From positions 96,001 through 160,000 of the forward strand of contig CAWFDF010000012.1 in assembly GCA_963814585.1 (NCBI GenBank): 64,000 nt of DNA, read 5' to 3'. A program made the translations under genes and the position numbers. The stretch comes from an uncultured delta proteobacterium (lineage in GTDB: Bacteria; Myxococcota; Myxococcia; Myxococcales; Anaeromyxobacteraceae). This document shows, in pieces, positions 1 through 11,829 of this stretch (positions are counted from its first letter, which is position 1; every line of letters starts with the position of its first letter). The notes below the pieces were generated by a model that was not told the origin of the DNA, did no database searches, and saw nothing but the letters and a program-made list of their open reading frames with translations.

Positions 1-51
1 GCGAAGCGCGCGGCCCGGGCCGCGGCCGGCGGGGCGGGGGCGGCGGCATGA
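1..51 (+). CDS. 3' end of upstream gene, probably a LivM-type ABC permease (partial)
   Basis: Frame 1 is open to TGA at 49-51, which overlaps the next ATG (ATGA coupling); identity inferred from operon context only. Confidence 0.4.
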   Translation, partial: AKRAARAAAGGAGAAA

Positions 52-812
52 GCGCGCTGCTCTCCCTGCGGGGCGTGGAGCGGAGCTTCGGCGGACTGCG
101 CGCCGTGGATGGCGTCAGCTTCGAGGTGGAGCCCGGGAAGGTCCACGGCCTCATCGGCCCGAACGGCGCCGGCAAGACCACGCTCATCAACCTGGTCTCG
201 GGGCTGCTCCCGCCCACCGGCGGCGCCATCGAGCTGGGGGGACGGCCCATCGGCGGGCTGGCGCCACACCGGATCGCCGGGATGGGCGTGGCGCGGACCT
301 TCCAGAGCATCCGGCTCTTCCCCGAGCTGACGGCGCGGGACAACGTCCTGGTGGGCCAGCACCTGCGCCGCCACCCGTCGCTGCTGGCGAGGATCCTCCT
401 GCTCCGGAGCGCGCGCGTCGAGGCGAGGTCGGCGCGCGAGCGGGCCTCGGCGCTGCTGGCCCGGGTCGGTCTGCCCGAGCGGGTGGACGAGGAGGCGCGC
501 CACCTCTCCTACGGTGAGCAGCGGCGCGTGGAGATCGCGCGAGCGCTGGCCAGCGAGCCGCGCCTGCTGCTGCTCGATGAGCCCACCGCGGGGATGAACC
601 CGGTCGAGGTGAAGGGCGTGGCCCAGCTGATCCGCCAGGTGGCGGCCGAGGGACACTCGGTGCTGCTGGTGGAGCACAACGTGCGGCTGGTCATGGACGT
701 GTGCGATCGGATCACGGTGCTCAACTTCGGCAAGGTGATCGCCGACGGGGCGCCGGCCGCCGTGGCGGCGGACCCGGCGGTGATCACGGCGTACCTGGGG
801 AGCGAGCGATGA
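48..812 (+). CDS. livG: Branched-chain amino acid-type ABC transporter ATP-binding protein (LivG-like)
   Basis: Walker A GPNGAGKT, ARTFQ, signature LSYGEQRR, LLLLDEP, C-terminal AYLG. Confidence 0.9.
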   Translation: MSALLSLRGVERSFGGLRAVDGVSFEVEPGKVHGLIGPNGAGKTTLINLVSGLLPPTGGAIELGGRPIGGLAPHRIAGMGVARTFQSIRLFPELTARDNVLVGQHLRRHPSLLARILLLRSARVEARSARERASALLARVGLPERVDEEARHLSYGEQRRVEIARALASEPRLLLLDEPTAGMNPVEVKGVAQLIRQVAAEGHSVLLVEHNVRLVMDVCDRITVLNFGKVIADGAPAAVAADPAVITAYLGSER

Positions 813-1531
813 GCGCCGATGCGCCGCTGCTCGAGGTCGAGGACCTTCACGTCGGCTACGGGCAGGTGGAGGCGGTTCGCGGCGTCTCGCTGAGCGTCGG
901 CGAGGGGCAGATCGTCACCTTGATCGGGCCGAACGGCGCCGGGAAGACCTCGATCCTCTCGGCCCTCTCCGGGCTGGTGCGGCCGCGCGCCGGGCGGGTC
1001 CGGCTCGGTGGCCAGGACGTGACCGGCTTGCCGGCGCACGCCACGGTGGCCGCCGGGCTGACGCTGGTTCCGGAGGGACGCGCCATCCTCGGGCGAATGA
1101 CCATCGAGGAGAACCTGCGGCTGGCGGGGGAGCGGCGCCAGCCGGCGGGTGGCCTGGCGGCGGCGATCGAGGACCAGTACCGGCGCTTCCCCGTCCTGGG
1201 CGAGCGGCGGCGGCAGCTGGCCGGATCGCTGTCGGGAGGGCAGCAGCAGATGCTGGCGTTCGCCCGGGCCTTGCTGGCCAGGCCGCGCGTGCTGCTGCTC
1301 GACGAGCCGTCCATGGGGCTGTCGCCGATCCTGGTGCAGCAGATCTTCGAGACCATCCGTGAGATCCACCGGGAGGGGACCACCATCCTGCTGGTGGAGC
1401 AGAACGCCCGGCTGGCCCTGTCCGAGAGCAGTTACGCCTACGTCCTCGAGCATGGACGGCTGGCGCTGGAGGGGGCGGCAGGTGAGCTGGCGAAGGATCC
1501 GCGCGTCCAGGCCGCCTACCTGGGCGGCTGA
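809..1531 (+). CDS. livF: ABC transporter ATP-binding protein (LivF-like)
   Basis: ATGA overlap at 809-812; GPNGAGKT, LSGGQQQM, LDEPSMGL, VEQN. Confidence 0.9.
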   Translation: MSADAPLLEVEDLHVGYGQVEAVRGVSLSVGEGQIVTLIGPNGAGKTSILSALSGLVRPRAGRVRLGGQDVTGLPAHATVAAGLTLVPEGRAILGRMTIEENLRLAGERRQPAGGLAAAIEDQYRRFPVLGERRRQLAGSLSGGQQQMLAFARALLARPRVLLLDEPSMGLSPILVQQIFETIREIHREGTTILLVEQNARLALSESSYAYVLEHGRLALEGAAGELAKDPRVQAAYLGG

Positions 1532-1816
1532 TCTCCGTCCGGTCCCAGGGTAGTTCGCATTCCCGTCCCGGAGGAGGTGGTCGCGGTTTCCCCTCTGGCC
1601 TGCCGATCGGCCCTCTGGCGAGTGCAGGTGACTCCGCTCCCATCCATTCCAGGTTGAATGAAGTCGCATCGCGTCGAGCTCGCCCAGCTGGAGCGCGACT
1701 GGAGCTCGCAGGCGGGGCGGGAGGCGTGGTCCGCCCAGCTACTCTGGGTCGGGGCGGGGAACGGGAATTCGACAAGCCCGGCTCGCCCGTGCTGTCATTC
1801 GCGGCTGGAGGACCAC

Positions 1817-2305
1817 GTGCGCGGATACCTGATGACCTGGCTGGCCAAGGCCTCACAGGGACAGACTCTCGACGCCTTCATCAAGGCCTGGCCCGAGGAC
1901 TGGCTGGTCTGGGAGGCGGGCCCCTGGCGTCCGACCTACCAGACCAAGGCCACGCTCCACCATGACGGCCTCGTCACCAGCGTGCCCCATGGCGCCGGCG
2001 AGTCGCTCGCCATCGCGCTCGAGCCGCCCAGGCAACGCCCCTATCTCGCGCTGGGCCGCGCCTCCGACAACGACATCGTGGTCGATGACGCCACGCTCTC
2101 TCGCGTCCACCTGCTGCTCCAGCCCGAGCCGCTCGGCTGGACCGTCCGCGACGCCGGCTCCACCAACGGCTCGAGCGTCGAGGGTGCGCCGCTCGGCCCC
2201 GACGCCGTGGCGCTCCAGAACGGCGTCCGGCTGCTGGCCGGCTCGGCGCGCTTCACCTACTACGACTCGGGCGGCCTCTACCTTCGGTTGCGCGGCAAGG
2301 GCTGA
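1817..2305 (+). CDS. FHA domain protein
   Basis: GR..SxxH..STNG motifs (LGRASDNDIVVDDATLSRVH, GSTNGS); GGAGGA SD before GTG at 1817, so ORF-track start 1658 is probably too long. Confidence 0.8.
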   Translation: MRGYLMTWLAKASQGQTLDAFIKAWPEDWLVWEAGPWRPTYQTKATLHHDGLVTSVPHGAGESLAIALEPPRQRPYLALGRASDNDIVVDDATLSRVHLLLQPEPLGWTVRDAGSTNGSSVEGAPLGPDAVALQNGVRLLAGSARFTYYDSGGLYLRLRGKG

Positions 2306-2334
2306 CGGCTTAGACCCACCGCGAGGAGGCTCCC

Positions 2335-2877
2335 GTGCTCAAGAAGGTCGTCCTCGCCCTCGCCATCCTGCTCGTTGGCGTCCCGCTCCTCGTCGCCGCC
2401 GTGGCGGCCACCCGCCCCACCACCTTCATGGTCCAGCGCTCCATCGAGATCCAGGCGCCACCCGAGCAGATCTACGCCGCGGTCGTCGACTTCAACCGCT
2501 GGGAGCGCTGGTCCCCCTGGGCCAAGCTCGATCCCAGGCAGAAGACCACCGTGTCCGGCGCTGGACTGGGCGCCGTCTACACCTGGAGCGGCGACGACAA
2601 GGTGGGCGAGGGCCGCATGACCATCGTCGAGACCGTCCCCGGCTCCAAGGTGGGCATCAAGCTCGAGTTCATCCGCCCGTGGGAGTCGACCAGCGAGACC
2701 TCCTTCCTCGTCGTCCCCACCGGCGCCGGCTCCCGCCTCAGCTGGCTCATGAAGGGGACCCACAACTTCGTCGGCCGGGCCATGTCGATCTTCGTGGACA
2801 TGGACAAGATGCTCGGCGGTGACTTCGAGCGGGGGCTGGCCACGCTCAAGGCCGACGTGGAGGGTGCCGGGCGGTAG
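2335..2877 (+). CDS. SRPBCC / polyketide cyclase family protein with N-terminal TM anchor
   Basis: VQRSIEIQAPPEQIY, WSPW, GDFERGLATLK; GAGGAGG SD. Confidence 0.85.
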   Translation: MLKKVVLALAILLVGVPLLVAAVAATRPTTFMVQRSIEIQAPPEQIYAAVVDFNRWERWSPWAKLDPRQKTTVSGAGLGAVYTWSGDDKVGEGRMTIVETVPGSKVGIKLEFIRPWESTSETSFLVVPTGAGSRLSWLMKGTHNFVGRAMSIFVDMDKMLGGDFERGLATLKADVEGAGR

Positions 2878-2893
2878 CGGCCTCCCTGGCCCG

Positions 2894-3373
2894 TCACCTC
2901 CCCTTCAGCGCCTCCCGAAGCTGGAGCCTGGCGCTCCGTCGGGCCGCGGCCTCGCGCTCCCGCCTCCTCTCCTCGTCGCTCTCCGCGAGCAGCGGCGACA
3001 CCGCCACCGGCCGACCGGCCGGCCCGAGGGCCACGAAGGTGAGGAAGGCCTCGCAGCACGGGTGCTGCTCGCCGGTGAGCGGCTCCTCGGTCAGCACCAC
3101 CACGCCGACCTCCAGCGAGGACTCGAACACCGCGTTCACCTGGGCCCGGATCAACGCGATCTGGCCGATGCGGACCGGGGAGCGGAAGGCCAGCTGGTCG
3201 ATCGACGCGGTCACCACCGGCAGGCGGGCGTGGCGCATGGCGGCCATGCCGGCGGCGAGGTCGATCCAGGCCATCACCGTCCCGCCGAAGGCCGTGCCGT
3301 GGTTGTTGGCGTGGATGGGCATCACCAGCTGCGTCATCTCCACGTGGGAGGCGGAGACCGGGACGGAAGTCAT
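2894..3373 (-). CDS. Acyl-CoA thioesterase (hotdog fold, YciA-like)
   Basis: ANNHGTAFGG..WID, VVTASID, SSLEVGV, FLTFVAL. Confidence 0.88.
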   Translation of the reverse strand: MTSVPVSASHVEMTQLVMPIHANNHGTAFGGTVMAWIDLAAGMAAMRHARLPVVTASIDQLAFRSPVRIGQIALIRAQVNAVFESSLEVGVVVLTEEPLTGEQHPCCEAFLTFVALGPAGRPVAVSPLLAESDEERRREREAAARRSARLQLREALKGR

Positions 3374-3414
3374 GGGGCCATGTAGTATCCTCCGCTCCCT
3401 TTCGAGGAAAGACC

Positions 3415-4230
3415 ATGCCGCTCGACGTCCGGCTCATCGACCACGCCCGCGATCCGCTCGCCAAGCTCTACGGAGCCTACCGCACCTGCTACACGCCCAA
3501 GACCCCGCGCGAGGTCTGGGACGAGATCGGCGACGGCCGCATCCCGCCCGAGACCATCCGCGAGTTCATCGGCGAGCGCCTCAAGACCGGCCACGCCTCG
3601 CCGCTCGAGCAGGTCGTCTTCTGGTTCGGCATCAGCGGCGTCTCGCGTGCCCTCTCCCACCAGTTCGTCCGCCACCGCATCGGCATCAGCTTCGAGCAGC
3701 AGTCGCAGCGCTACGTCCGCTACCGGGAGGAGCGGCTCGACTACGTCATGCCGAAGACCTGGGAGAAGAAGGGGCTCTCCGACCAGTACGACAGGCTGAT
3801 GAAGGAGATCACCCGCGTCTACGAGGAGGCGCTGGCCAAGGGGATCCCGGCCGAGGACGCGCGCTTCGTCCTCCCCAACGCCACGCCCACCAACTTCCAG
3901 GTGATGGTCAACTTCACCGAGCTGCTCCACATCGCCGACCTGCGCCTCTGCTGGCGGGCCCAGTGGGAGATCCGGCAGATGGTCGCGATGATGCGGCGGG
4001 AGGTGATGAAGGCGGTGCCGGAGATCGGCGGCTACCTCCAGCCCAAGTGTGGCGACAAGCGGATGGGCTACTGCGACGAGCCGGTCAAGGAGTGGGAGCT
4101 CTGCCCGCTCGGCAAGATCCGCCCGCACAAGGAGCAGCTGCTCGACGTCTTCAAGCAGTACCGCGCCGGGAACCTGGTCCCGCTCGACGAGACCCTCATC
4201 CGCTCGGTCGAGGACGCCGGCACCGACTAG
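3415..4230 (+). CDS. thyX: FAD-dependent thymidylate synthase
   Basis: ThyX motif RHRxxxSFEQQSQRY, GHASPLE, EDARFVLP, AQWEIR. Confidence 0.95.
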   Translation: MPLDVRLIDHARDPLAKLYGAYRTCYTPKTPREVWDEIGDGRIPPETIREFIGERLKTGHASPLEQVVFWFGISGVSRALSHQFVRHRIGISFEQQSQRYVRYREERLDYVMPKTWEKKGLSDQYDRLMKEITRVYEEALAKGIPAEDARFVLPNATPTNFQVMVNFTELLHIADLRLCWRAQWEIRQMVAMMRREVMKAVPEIGGYLQPKCGDKRMGYCDEPVKEWELCPLGKIRPHKEQLLDVFKQYRAGNLVPLDETLIRSVEDAGTD

Positions 4231-4314
4231 TGCCGCGCCCCCCAACCCCAGAGCCCGGCCGCCGACGCCCCGTGCGGGCCGAATGCCCGGGCCGGCCCGC
4301 CCGTATGATGTGCC

Positions 4315-6825
4315 ATGCTCGACCGCCGACCGGCCCTCGCCCTTCTCCGTGCCGCCCTCGCCTCCGTCCTCGCCGTGTCCGCGCTGGCGGCCAGACCCGC
4401 GGCCGCCCAGGTCCAGAACATCGGCTCGCCGCTCCCGGTCGGCCTGCCGCTGCCGGTGCCCGGCGTGGCCGTGGCCGAGGAGGCGACCTCCACCTCCGTC
4501 AACCCGGCCGGCATCGGCTTCCTCCATGGCCCGGCCCTCGAGTACTTCCACATGGAGGGGGACGTCGCTGACGGCGACGGCCTCTACGCCGCCGGGCTGA
4601 TCGGCCCGTTCGGCCCGGCCCTCTCGGTCGAGTGGGTCCGGCCCGCCGCAGGTCCTCGCTACCGGCTCACCACGCTCGGGCTGGCGCTCTCCGACGGCCA
4701 CACCGCCTCGCTGGGCTTCGCCTGGCGCTGGTGGAGCTCACCGGACGCGGCCATCGATCCGATGCACGCCTGGGACGTCGGCCTGACCCTCCGGCCGTGG
4801 CGCCATCTCTCGATCGGCGCCTCGGCGCTCGGCATCGACTCCAGGTACCAGGGGCAGACGCTCCCCGTGCAGTACGACCTCGGCCTCGGCCTCCGCTTCC
4901 TCGACGACTCGGTCACCCTCTCCGGCGACGTGCTGGCCAACGACCGGGCCGGGCACGACTTCGACGTGACCGGCGGCGCGGTCGGCCTGGCCGTGGAGCT
5001 GAAGAGCGGGCTCGCCTTCTCCGCCCAGTACCGGTTCCCGGTCGGCAGCTCCGGCGCCCAGCCGGCGCAGCACGAGAGCGCCGGCATCGTCTCCGTCACC
5101 TGGAACGGCCACCACGCCGGGGCCACCGCCGGCGCCATGCAGGCCACCGACGACACCCGCTGGCTGGCCGGTGCCCGCGCCTCCTTCGAGCGGTATCCGG
5201 CCACGCCGCGGCCGGCCGAGGCCCCGCGCGTCGACCTGGCCGGCGAGCTCGCGCCGCACCGCCTCCTCTTCGTCGACCTCACCGGCAAGGACCCGTTCGA
5301 CGACCTGCTTCGGCGGCTCAGCGAGGCGGGCGACGACAGCGCGGTGGGCGCGGTGGTGCTGGAGATCGACGAGCTGCCTCTCGGCGGCGGCCGGACCGAG
5401 GAGCTGCGCGCGGCGACCGCTCGCCTGCGGGAGCGCAAGCCGGTGCTGGCCTACCTGACCGGCGGCGGCCCGAGGAGCTACTGGCTCGCCTCGGCCGCCA
5501 CCGCGGTGGCCATGCCCCCCTCCTCCACCCTGCTGGTGAACGGCCTGGCCGCCAGCCAGTACTACCTGAAGGACGGGCTGGCCCGCCTCGGCGTGGTGGT
5601 CGAGGTGGCCCGGGCCGGCGGCTACAAGACCGCGCCGGAGCCCTTCACCCGGACCGGGCCCTCGCCCGAGTCCACGGAGATGACCAGCGCCCTGCTCGAC
5701 GACGTCTTCGACCGCCTGGTGGCGGACGTGGCCGCCGCCCGCAAGCTCGAACCCGCTGCCGTCCGGGGACTCATCGACCGCGGCGTCTTCTCGGCCGCCG
5801 AGGCCAGGCACGAGGGACTGGTGGACGAGCTGCTCTGGCCCGACGAGCTGGAGGCCTGGACCCGCAAGGCCACCGGACGCTCGCTCGACGTCTCCGACGG
5901 CTACGATCCGGCGCCGCGCCGCCAGGCGCGGACCTGGGGGCGCAGCCCGGTCATCGCCGTCATCAAGCTGGAGGGGACCATCACCGGTGGCCGCAGCCGA
6001 CGCGAGCCGCTGGGGCTGGGCGGCCTGAGCGGCGCCGAGAGCGTGGTCCAGCAGCTCGAGGAGGCCGCCTCCTCCAGGCAGGTGAAGGCCATCGTGCTGC
6101 GCATCGACTCGCCCGGCGGCGATGCGGTGGCCTCCGAGCTCATCTGGCGCGCGGTCAGGAAGGCGCGGGAGAAGAAGCCGGTCATCGCCTCGATGGGCGA
6201 CCTGGCGGCCAGCGGCGGCTACCTGGTCGCGGTCGGCGCCGATCGGATCCTGGCCGAGCCCTCCACGCTGACCGGGTCGATCGGCGTGTTCGTGCTCAAG
6301 CCGGAGTTCTCCGGCCTGCTGGAGAAGGTCTCCGTCCACCGCGCCGTCCAGACCCGCGGCAAGAACGCCGACATCGCCTCGATGGCCCGCCCGTGGACCG
6401 CCGAGGAGCGCGCCCTGGTCGAGCGGCAGGTGGACGTCGTCTATGGCACCTTCCTCGACCGGGTGGTCGAGGGGCGCTCGCTGCCGCGCGCCGAGGTCGA
6501 GAAGGTGGCGGGCGGACGGGTCTGGACCGGCCAGCAGGCGCTGGCGCGCAAGCTGGTGGACCAGCTGGGCGGGCTCGACGACGCGGTGGCGGTGGCGCGG
6601 CAGCGGGCCGGCCTCTCCAGGGGCGCCGTCGTCGAGGTGCGCCGGATCGGCGGCGGCTGGCGGGACCTCCAGCTCTCGACGGTGCTGGCCTCCGTGACCG
6701 GTGACGAGCCGTTGCTGCATCGGGCCTCGTCGCTCCTCCCCGAGCTCCGCACCGCCGCCCTGCTCCTCGAGCTGGGCCCGGTGCTCATGCTGCCGGAGGA
6801 GTGGATCGCCCCGCCGGGCCGCTGA
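4315..6825 (+). CDS. sppA: Signal peptide peptidase SppA (S49) with N-terminal predicted beta-barrel domain
   Basis: Signal peptide; GGYKTAPEPF (Lys), RIDSPGG, AASGGY (Ser), TGSIGV, GRVWTG; tandem S49 domains. Confidence 0.88.
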   Translation: MLDRRPALALLRAALASVLAVSALAARPAAAQVQNIGSPLPVGLPLPVPGVAVAEEATSTSVNPAGIGFLHGPALEYFHMEGDVADGDGLYAAGLIGPFGPALSVEWVRPAAGPRYRLTTLGLALSDGHTASLGFAWRWWSSPDAAIDPMHAWDVGLTLRPWRHLSIGASALGIDSRYQGQTLPVQYDLGLGLRFLDDSVTLSGDVLANDRAGHDFDVTGGAVGLAVELKSGLAFSAQYRFPVGSSGAQPAQHESAGIVSVTWNGHHAGATAGAMQATDDTRWLAGARASFERYPATPRPAEAPRVDLAGELAPHRLLFVDLTGKDPFDDLLRRLSEAGDDSAVGAVVLEIDELPLGGGRTEELRAATARLRERKPVLAYLTGGGPRSYWLASAATAVAMPPSSTLLVNGLAASQYYLKDGLARLGVVVEVARAGGYKTAPEPFTRTGPSPESTEMTSALLDDVFDRLVADVAAARKLEPAAVRGLIDRGVFSAAEARHEGLVDELLWPDELEAWTRKATGRSLDVSDGYDPAPRRQARTWGRSPVIAVIKLEGTITGGRSRREPLGLGGLSGAESVVQQLEEAASSRQVKAIVLRIDSPGGDAVASELIWRAVRKAREKKPVIASMGDLAASGGYLVAVGADRILAEPSTLTGSIGVFVLKPEFSGLLEKVSVHRAVQTRGKNADIASMARPWTAEERALVERQVDVVYGTFLDRVVEGRSLPRAEVEKVAGGRVWTGQQALARKLVDQLGGLDDAVAVARQRAGLSRGAVVEVRRIGGGWRDLQLSTVLASVTGDEPLLHRASSLLPELRTAALLLELGPVLMLPEEWIAPPGR

Positions 6826-6865
6826 GCTTCCCGGCCTGGCCCACCCGATCCTGTTCACTTGGGCT

Positions 6866-6893
6866 TTGCCTGGGGATGCTTTTTTGCTATGGA
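6866..6893 (+). promoter_or_regulatory. Putative sigma70 promoter of rho (TTGCCT; extended -10 TGnTATGGA)
   Basis: AT-rich patch in a GC-rich background, directly upstream of a structured leader. Confidence 0.45.
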
Positions 6894-6898
6894 TCCTC

Positions 6899-7078
6899 CC
6901 GTCACTCCCTGCCAGCGACTTCGGGTTGAGGCGGAGGGGTGACGGCCCGGTCGGCTTGCAGCGAGCAGCGCACCACCGGACGCCGCCTCGCGCGGCGCGT
7001 CTCGAGCCGGCCGCCACTCCAGAAGGGTTGTAGGACGCGCCCCAGGCGACTCGCCGGGGGCCGCGCAGCAGACACCAC
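6899..7078 (+). ncRNA. Candidate structured 5' leader RNA of rho
   Basis: Stem CCGTCAC/GTGACGG (6899-6945) capped by cUUCGg; 11-bp stem 6948-6958/7003-7013; further hairpin near 7037-7066. Confidence 0.45.
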
Positions 7079-8493
7079 ATGAGCGAGAACCAAGAGAACG
7101 GCCCCCAGGGGCAGCCCGCCACCACTCCAGCCGCGCCCGCCGTGGGCGCCTCGCCCGGAGGTGGCGCCGAGGGCGCCTCCACCGAGGGAGGCGGCCAGCC
7201 TGGCCAGGGCGGCCAGCCGGGCCCGGGGCGTCGCCGCCGCCGGCGCCGCGGGCGCCGCGGCCGTGGAGGTCCGCCGGGCGCGCCCGGCGGCAACGGCCCG
7301 GGCGGCCAGCCCGGCGGTCCGCCGCCCCTGGGCGCGCCCCAAGGCGGCCCGTCGCAGGCCGGTCCCGGGCCGCAGGGCGGCCCGCCCAACGGCCAGCCCG
7401 AGGTGACCGAGGAGGTCGAGGGCGTCCTCGAGTTCGAGGGCAAGGGGAACGGCGCGCTTCGCGACCCGAAGCGGAGCTACAACCCCCAGCCATTCGACGT
7501 CGAGGTGCCCCGCTGGCTCATCGACCGCATGCACCTGCTTCCCGGCCTGCTGGTCAGGGGGCAGGCGGCCACCCGCAACATGAAGCGGGTGCTCACCAAG
7601 GTCGACACGCTCGAGGGCGCCGACCCCATGGCGGTGCTGCGCCGCACCCACTTCCCCAACCTGACCGCCACCGATCCCACCGAGAAGCTGGTGATGGAGA
7701 CGCGCGGCGACGAGCTGGTCGGGCGCGTCCTCGATCTCATCGCGCCCATCGGCCTCGGAGCCCGTGGCCTCATCACCTCGCCGCCCAAGGCCGGCAAGAC
7801 CATCATGCTGCAGCGGATCGCCCAGGCCATCACCGCCAACCGGCCCGACGTGCACCTGACGGTCCTGCTGGTCGACGAGCGGCCGGAGGAGCTGACCGAC
7901 ATGCGCCGCAACATCAAGGGCGAGGTGATCGGCTCCTCCAACGACCGGCCGGCCGAGGAGCACATCCACGCCGCCGAGATGGCGATGGAGCGCGCCCGTC
8001 GGCTCGTCGAGGGCGGCAAGGACGTGGTGATCCTGCTCGACTCGATCACCCGCCTGGCCCGAGCCTACAACAAGGAGGTCGAGTCCTCCGGTCGCACGCT
8101 CACCGGCGGCGTCGACTCCCGCGCCCTGGAGCGGCCCAAGCGGCTCTTCGGGGCCGCCCGCAAGGCCGAGGAAGGCGGCTCGCTCACCATCATCGCCACC
8201 GCCCTCATCGACACCGGATCGCGCATGGACGAGGTGATCTTCGAGGAGTTCAAGGGCACCGGCAACATGGAGGTGGTGCTCTCGCGGCAGCTCTCGGAGC
8301 GGCGCATCTTCCCGGCCATCGACATCGGCGCCTCCGGCACCCGGAAGGAGGAGAAGCTCTTCGCGGCCAAGGAGATCGAGAAGGTCCGGCGGCTGCGCGG
8401 CGCGCTGGCGTCGCTCAAACCGGTCGAGGCGATGGAGCGGCTCCTCAAGAAGCTCAACGAGTTCGAGACCAACGACGAGTTCCTCAGCAGCTT

Positions 8494-8497
<4 letters not shown>
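7079..8497 (+). CDS. rho: Transcription termination factor Rho (atypical paralogue)
   Basis: PPKAGKT, LVDERPEE, LLDSITRLARAYN, SGRTLTGGVD, EEFKGTGNME. Confidence 0.95.
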
Positions 8498-10572
<2,075 letters not shown>

Positions 10573-10676
10573 GAGCGCTCCCTCCAACCGTGCCCGCAGC
10601 CTACACCCGGCCAGGCGCCGCCGCACATGGGCGATTCCCTTGCGGGGAGGGCGTCCGCGTGTTCTGATCAATACTC

Positions 10677-11816
10677 GTGATCGCAGAACGAGTCCTCATC
10701 GTCGACGACGACGAACTGATCCTCAAGGCCCTGGCGCGCATCCTCGAGAGCGTCGGCTACGAGGCGCGCTGCTACCAGGATCCGCTGATCGCCCTCGCCA
10801 ACATCGAGGTCGACCGGCCGGTGGTGGTGATCAGCGACTTCATGATGCCGGGCCTCGACGGCATCGCCTTCCTCAAGCAGACCAGGGAGCGGGCTCCCGG
10901 GGCCGTCCGCATCCTCTGCACCGCCGCGGAGGACTTCCGGGTGGCGCTGCAGGCGGTCAACGCCGGCGAGGTCTTCCGCATCATCTCCAAGCCCTGGCAC
11001 CAGCAGGAGCTGGTGGCCACCGTCAACCAGGCCGCCGAGGCCGCCCGGCTGCGCAGCGAGAACGAGTGGCTGACCAACGAGGTGCAGCGCCAGAACGGCC
11101 AGCTCCGGGAGATGAACCAGAAGCTGGAGGAGATGGTCCGGCATCGCACCCAGGCCCTGCTGGAGGGGCTCATCGCCGCGCTCGACTACCGCGACGCCGA
11201 GACCCAGTGGCACTCCCGCCGCGTCTCGCTCTACGCCCGGCGGCTGGCCCAGGCCCTCGGGCTGGGCGAGCCGGAGCTCACCGTCATCGAGCACGGCGCG
11301 CTGCTGCACGACATCGGCAAGATCGGGGTTCGCGATCGGGTCCTGCTCAAGGCGGGCCCGCTCGACACCGCCGAGTGGGGCGAGATGAAGCGGCACCCCG
11401 AGCTCGGCTGGGCGCTGCTGCAGCGTGTGGACTACCTCCGCCCGGCGTCGCAGATCGTCCTGCAGCACCAGGAGAAATGGGACGGCACCGGCTACCCGAG
11501 CGGCCTGCACGGCGAGCAGATCGTCATCGGGGCCCGCATCTTCCACGTGGTCGACACGCTCGACGCCATCACCAGCGACCGGCCCTACCGCAAGGCCCGC
11601 CCCTTCGTGGATGCGCGCGCCGAGATCGAGCGCTGCTCCGGGACGCAGTTCGATCCCAGGGTCGCCGAGGGGTTCCTCAAGGTGAACGCCGACGAGTGGG
11701 AGCGGATCCGGCTCGACGTCGAGACGGTGGCGGTGCTGGCCGCCGACCTGGAGGACTCGCCGCGGACCGAGGGCGAGGGCCAGCTCGATCCGCTGCGAAA
11801 GGCGCTGCGGAACTAG
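10677..11816 (+). CDS. Response regulator with HD-GYP phosphodiesterase domain
   Basis: REC (VDDD, SDFMMP, KPW); HDIGK; HQEKWDGTGYP. Confidence 0.92.
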   Translation: MIAERVLIVDDDELILKALARILESVGYEARCYQDPLIALANIEVDRPVVVISDFMMPGLDGIAFLKQTRERAPGAVRILCTAAEDFRVALQAVNAGEVFRIISKPWHQQELVATVNQAAEAARLRSENEWLTNEVQRQNGQLREMNQKLEEMVRHRTQALLEGLIAALDYRDAETQWHSRRVSLYARRLAQALGLGEPELTVIEHGALLHDIGKIGVRDRVLLKAGPLDTAEWGEMKRHPELGWALLQRVDYLRPASQIVLQHQEKWDGTGYPSGLHGEQIVIGARIFHVVDTLDAITSDRPYRKARPFVDARAEIERCSGTQFDPRVAEGFLKVNADEWERIRLDVETVAVLAADLEDSPRTEGEGQLDPLRKALRN

Positions 11817-11829
11817 GGTCGGGGCGGCC

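Noticed and set aside
1532..1816. 285-bp spacer with CCCTCTGGC repeated at 20-bp spacing and an in-frame extension of the FHA ORF
   Set aside because: No recognisable RNA motif or domain; only a weak hint of a binding site
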